DNA of 64,000 nt from an uncultured Chlamydiales bacterium. Its GTDB lineage: Bacteria > Chlamydiota > Chlamydiia > Chlamydiales > JAAKFR01. Under the pieces are notes generated by a model that was not told where the DNA came from, searched no databases, and was given only the letters and a program-made list of their open reading frames with translations. The position numbers and the translations under genes were made by a program. This document shows, in pieces, positions 60,143 to 64,000 of this stretch (position 1 is the stretch's first letter; every line of letters begins with the position of its first letter). The stretch spans positions 1,707,779-1,771,778 of the forward strand of contig CAWHVD010000001.1 in NCBI GenBank assembly GCA_963832835.1. The letters run 5' to 3'.

Positions 60143-61195
60143 TTATAGTTCAGTATTAGGGGTCAAAAGTAGAGCGCATTGCTTGTTATTTCGAAGACCA
60201 GAGCACAGAATTTGACCGGAATCATTTATGAAAAGGGCTACTCTCAACGAAATATCCTTTGGTAAATCAGGAATCAAGGCCATTAAATCAATCGGTCTTC
60301 CCGCTTTCCAAAGAATGGCTTTTGTTACATAGGCAAGGACCTGTGGATTATGGTTTACTAACCTTTGGCTGTTAATTGTTGATAAGCCAACAATATCTCC
60401 ATTATCATTTACGTCGCACGCTTCGGAGACTGGACCACCGAATCCATCTAACAATATATAGGTATCCTTTTTCCATACGAAGGCCATTTTATGAACCGCA
60501 TTATGAAAACCTTCTGAATTTTTCAGGCTGCCATAGTAATTTTCATTGTGCCAAAGGTTCTTTCCACAGTTGAAAATAATGCGTCCCGAAGGGATATTTC
60601 TATATCTCTCAATATCAACAGAAACAAATTGATTTAATTTTAGAGGATTTTCGGCCCAGCCTACCACCTGCTTTAAATTATTTACCGCATTTGCTTCTGA
60701 ATAAGCTGTCATAATAACATTATTGTTGAGTGTAGCATAGTTTTTATTATATCTATTGGAGTATATGGAGCCTACTTGGTCACCAAGGCTATTTCGCCCA
60801 TATGAAGCACCACTTGCGGGCGCCCGTTCAAACAAGAAGTTACTTTGCTCATCAAGTCGCCAGACTAATTTTGATGTAAAAGCAAGTTGGCTATTCAAAA
60901 CGACCCAAGGCATGGTAGCGCGTCCAAGCATGTCAGCAAGATCATTGATGTCATAAGTCGTGGAGGGTCGTTGGTCATTCGGACCAACAATCTGAATTCC
61001 TCTCGATGATTCCCAAAGAAATGCTTCACCTTTTGATGTTATTCCTACGATTTGTCCATGGTTATTCATGGCCATAGGAAAGACTTCGCCAAGAATTTCA
61101 AAACTAAAAAATTCCGCATTAAGGGCTAGAGGAATAAGTGTTAAGGCAAAAAATATACCTCTAATAAAACACGTAACTATTGGGCAGAATATCAT
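60143..61195 (-). CDS. Secreted HAF-repeat (beta-propeller-like) protein
   Basis: Signal peptide; repeated (I/V)N(D/N).G.(I/V)VG and AF.W units. Confidence 0.75.
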   Translation of the reverse strand: MIFCPIVTCFIRGIFFALTLIPLALNAEFFSFEILGEVFPMAMNNHGQIVGITSKGEAFLWESSRGIQIVGPNDQRPSTTYDINDLADMLGRATMPWVVLNSQLAFTSKLVWRLDEQSNFLFERAPASGASYGRNSLGDQVGSIYSNRYNKNYATLNNNVIMTAYSEANAVNNLKQVVGWAENPLKLNQFVSVDIERYRNIPSGRIIFNCGKNLWHNENYYGSLKNSEGFHNAVHKMAFVWKKDTYILLDGFGGPVSEACDVNDNGDIVGLSTINSQRLVNHNPQVLAYVTKAILWKAGRPIDLMALIPDLPKDISLRVALFINDSGQILCSGLRNNKQCALLLTPNTEL

Positions 61196-61314
61196 GAGGT
61201 TAAAATCTCCTATGCGACTTCATGATATTTTAATTAAATGCCATATTTACAAGAAGTTAAAACGTATTTTTTGCAAAATGCTGAGCACAAAATGCTACAA
61301 ATAAATCCCTGCAG

Positions 61315-61842
61315 TTGTTACGCTTTATCAATCTTAACATAAACAATTTACAAAGTTTTATGAAAATGATTATAAGACAAGTAGTCTTAGGTTTATTTCT
61401 TTTGGCGGTGTCGTCATTCAATTTCTTGCCTAATCATCTAAATGCCGCAGAGGTCGATAAGGGGTTGATGATAATAGACAACAAACCTTGGAAAATATCT
61501 TGGGTCCAAGAAAATGACATTCTCTGGGTGCTGATTGCACAGTTTGACAATGGAACACTTAGAACATTCTTTAAACGGCCTCCCCCCTCTAAAGGTTTGG
61601 GACTCTCTCCTGATAATCAGCCTACCAAACAAGAGTTCGAATTCTATTTAGGAAAAAAATTCACCAGTACCAAAAGTCAATTTGAACAGTGGCTAGATGG
61701 TGCGAAGTGCTATGCATTTATATATGAAGAAAAATTTGAGAGAGAAGGTAGGCAATTAGAATTTGGGACCACCGCGATAATTGAAGAAGTGGATAATGCT
61801 GAGAATGAAATAAGGTATGCAATGTTCAAAAGATTTAATTAA
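61315..61842 (+). CDS. Hypothetical secreted protein (true start probably near 61360)
   Basis: ORF with a signal-peptide-like segment. Confidence 0.65.
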   Translation: MLRFINLNINNLQSFMKMIIRQVVLGLFLLAVSSFNFLPNHLNAAEVDKGLMIIDNKPWKISWVQENDILWVLIAQFDNGTLRTFFKRPPPSKGLGLSPDNQPTKQEFEFYLGKKFTSTKSQFEQWLDGAKCYAFIYEEKFEREGRQLEFGTTAIIEEVDNAENEIRYAMFKRFN

Positions 61843-61861
61843 AAAGGCTTGAGGTAAGAAT

Positions 61862-62278
61862 ATGTTTAGAAAACATCTAATTTTAATACTAATTGTCTTG
61901 GCTCCAGCGGTTTTACATGCCGCTCCGACATATATCGGGAACTACAATACAAACAAGTATGACCCAAATTCGGTAAACAATCCATATGGCACTTCGGGGA
62001 GTCCATATAATTCGAACAGCATTAATAACACCTATGGGCGGTATGGAAGTCCTTACAGCAATAAATCAGCGACGAACCCCCACGCAACAGATGCGCCCAA
62101 ACTCTATGACCAAAATGGGAATTACAGGGGTAAGCTGAGCTCAAATCGTTATGACCCCGACTCCGTGTCTAATCCCTACGGTAGATATGGGAGCCCATAC
62201 TCCTCTAAAAGTATCAATAACCCTTATGGTGCGGGCAGCCCTTACTCTTCTGATGTAATTCAAATTTTTGGCGAATAG
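61862..62278 (+). CDS. Secreted protein with NPYG.YGSPYS repeats
   Basis: GAGG RBS, signal peptide, several S.NNPYG..GSPY units. Confidence 0.8.
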   Translation: MFRKHLILILIVLAPAVLHAAPTYIGNYNTNKYDPNSVNNPYGTSGSPYNSNSINNTYGRYGSPYSNKSATNPHATDAPKLYDQNGNYRGKLSSNRYDPDSVSNPYGRYGSPYSSKSINNPYGAGSPYSSDVIQIFGE

Positions 62279-62339
62279 AGGGGAAAATAGAACTACATAG
62301 ATAGCTATAAAGACTGAAATAAAGACAGGAATATTAATC

Positions 62340-63011
62340 ATGAGTAAGAAAATCAGCGGCCTATTTACAACCATTTGTATATTAACATTATGCCCAGCAT
62401 TACCAATGCACGCCATTGTGATACTCCCTGCCCAGGAAAGCGCTGCAGCAAAATTCGGAAGGAGTTTGGGAGAAGGTTTTTCAAAAGGCATGGAACAAGC
62501 TCAGTCAATCGCACGTGAAAGACAACATCGCGCAGAATTAGAAAAAGAGAATAGAGTGGCTGCTGAGATTGATTATTATAATCGCGTTGTAAGTCAATTG
62601 TCTTGTGAACCATCTCATCAAACACTAACACTACCTCAAGAGATTTCCCACCCGTTCATACATAGAAATCGCTTAAAAATGTGGGATGGGGAAATAATAA
62701 ATTACGAGTTCAAAAGAAAATTTAATAGAGTGTTGGCTATGGATAACTTAATTGAATGGCTCTGGTCCTTAGACATTTTAAATGAAACACCTAAGAAATT
62801 CCTTTCTTCAGGCAACATGGATTACCCAAAGCTCAGATTAGAGATTGAACTGCTCGATTCAAATAATTTTGTGCTTTCATCCTGTGTTATATATACAAAT
62901 TTGTCTTTAAAACGAGGCGAAAGCAAGGAGTTACAAGGGAAGTGGATTCTTCCATACGATCAAGTCTCACGAGTATCAAATTACAGAATATGTCTTGGGG
63001 GTACGATTTAG
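62340..63011 (+). CDS. Hypothetical secreted protein
   Basis: 223-aa ORF with signal peptide. Confidence 0.7.
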   Translation: MSKKISGLFTTICILTLCPALPMHAIVILPAQESAAAKFGRSLGEGFSKGMEQAQSIARERQHRAELEKENRVAAEIDYYNRVVSQLSCEPSHQTLTLPQEISHPFIHRNRLKMWDGEIINYEFKRKFNRVLAMDNLIEWLWSLDILNETPKKFLSSGNMDYPKLRLEIELLDSNNFVLSSCVIYTNLSLKRGESKELQGKWILPYDQVSRVSNYRICLGGTI

Positions 63012-63018
63012 GACGTCT

Positions 63019-63342
63019 TTACTGGTCGTCCGTTGCGTTGACCCCAAATAATTGAAATGGTCTTACTCTACTTAACGAAAATAGATAATCCTTGTCTGAG
63101 TTATTTTCGATGTACATCTGTACAGGATAATAACCATTGCTAATGACGTCCCGATCCAGATACTTCTTACACTCCTTCCTATCAAAAGTCTTTACGTAAA
63201 CAATAACATCCTCATGCACACCCGTGGTGCCTCTCGTAACCATAACTGGAAACAAATTATTCAAAGACGAGGCTTGATAACTGGCACAACTAGTTTAACT
63301 AACGCAGACTGATAGCAATAGAAATTTAAACACTGTCTTCAT
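63019..63342 (-). pseudogene. Lipoprotein pseudogene with nonsense codon in the signal peptide
   Basis: GGAG RBS, MKTVFKFLLLSVCVS*TSCASYQ..., TAA at 63295-63297, in frame with ORF 63019..63264. Confidence 0.7.
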
Positions 63343-63534
63343 TTCGCTTACTCCAAGTAATAACACCCAGAGATACTAATTGAGTTCGTGATTTAGAATA
63401 AGATAGAACCAATCTTTTTTTTAATATTTCTTATTTCTTATCCATCACAATTCAAAGGGTTGGATTTCTTTGAGCTCATGGAAAATTGAAAAGAAATATT
63501 TTGATTATTTAGGCATATCTGATTAGAATTTGAA

Positions 63535-63774
63535 ATGTTAGAGGATACAAAGAGCAAAATAAAATTGGAGAATTCAATGTCAAGTGAGAACGAGATGAGG
63601 AACGTCGCATCAGCGCTGCATGAAATTGCAAAGTCCATAAACATTCTTGCAGAATCTATACAGTACAAGGAAGAAACAGGGAAAAATTCATTGACCGGTG
63701 CATTAAATAATATTTCGAGCAGCATGAATGCCATTGCTGTGGCTCTTGAGCAATTTGTAACAAAAAAGAGTTAA
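63535..63774 (+). CDS. Small helical hypothetical protein (start possibly 63577)
   Basis: GGAG before ATG 63577; amphipathic repeats AL.EIA.SI / AL.NIS.SM. Confidence 0.45.
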   Translation: MLEDTKSKIKLENSMSSENEMRNVASALHEIAKSINILAESIQYKEETGKNSLTGALNNISSSMNAIAVALEQFVTKKS

Positions 63775-64000
63775 GATGACACTATCAAATTATCCTTTGT
63801 AGCAATAAAGGGATCATAGACGAATTTGTGGGTCATGCTCTCCTGCTGAATCCTAATATTTAGAAACTGAAGCTACTATCAATGCCACAATTGATACAAC
63901 AACACTCAAAAATGAAAAACAAATTGCAAAAAGACTAATTAATTGACCAAAGCGTGTTTGAGCATATTCTCGCATACCCCTTACTAATTCTTTAACATTT

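Larger units (their letters stand above)
54570..64000. mobile_element. tRNA-Asn-integrated element (satellite/PICI-like or IME), right end not seen
   Basis: Integrase next to tRNA, Xis-like, HTH, DUF3987, HGGxSTG, AT-richer cargo; no second copy of the tRNA 3' end seen. Confidence 0.8.

Overview
Chromosomal segment of a member of the phylum Chlamydiota. The Chlamydiaceae-like MOMP, futalosine genes mqnD/mqnB, chlamydial-type fabI, mqnD-mqnB-msbA-accA-ihf gene order and fliOPQR-csrA cluster suggest an environmental lineage near Chlamydiaceae (inference). Positions 1-54.5 kb are a housekeeping backbone (cysteine desulfurase, PP2C, ompA, SRP RNA, mazG, mutY, fabI, folB, tyrS, rpiA, ptsH, pepF, CIRCE-groES-groEL) interleaved with Inc-like membrane-effector paralogs and a 1285-aa PARP-like/nucleotidyltransferase/TPR protein. 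This part is densely invaded by small mobile DNA: nine full and two partial copies of a 161-bp palindromic MITE, two further MITE families nested with it, an IS1634-family element with a 322-bp target duplication, and an IS66 remnant. From tRNA-Asn (54498) to the window end lies an integrated, capsid-less, satellite-like element (integrase, Xis-like, HTH, DUF3987, HGGxSTG) with arm-type repeats, two inverted GGGACAA iteron clusters and secreted-protein cargo; its right end is not seen in the window. All product calls come from motif recognition by eye; no database searches were run.
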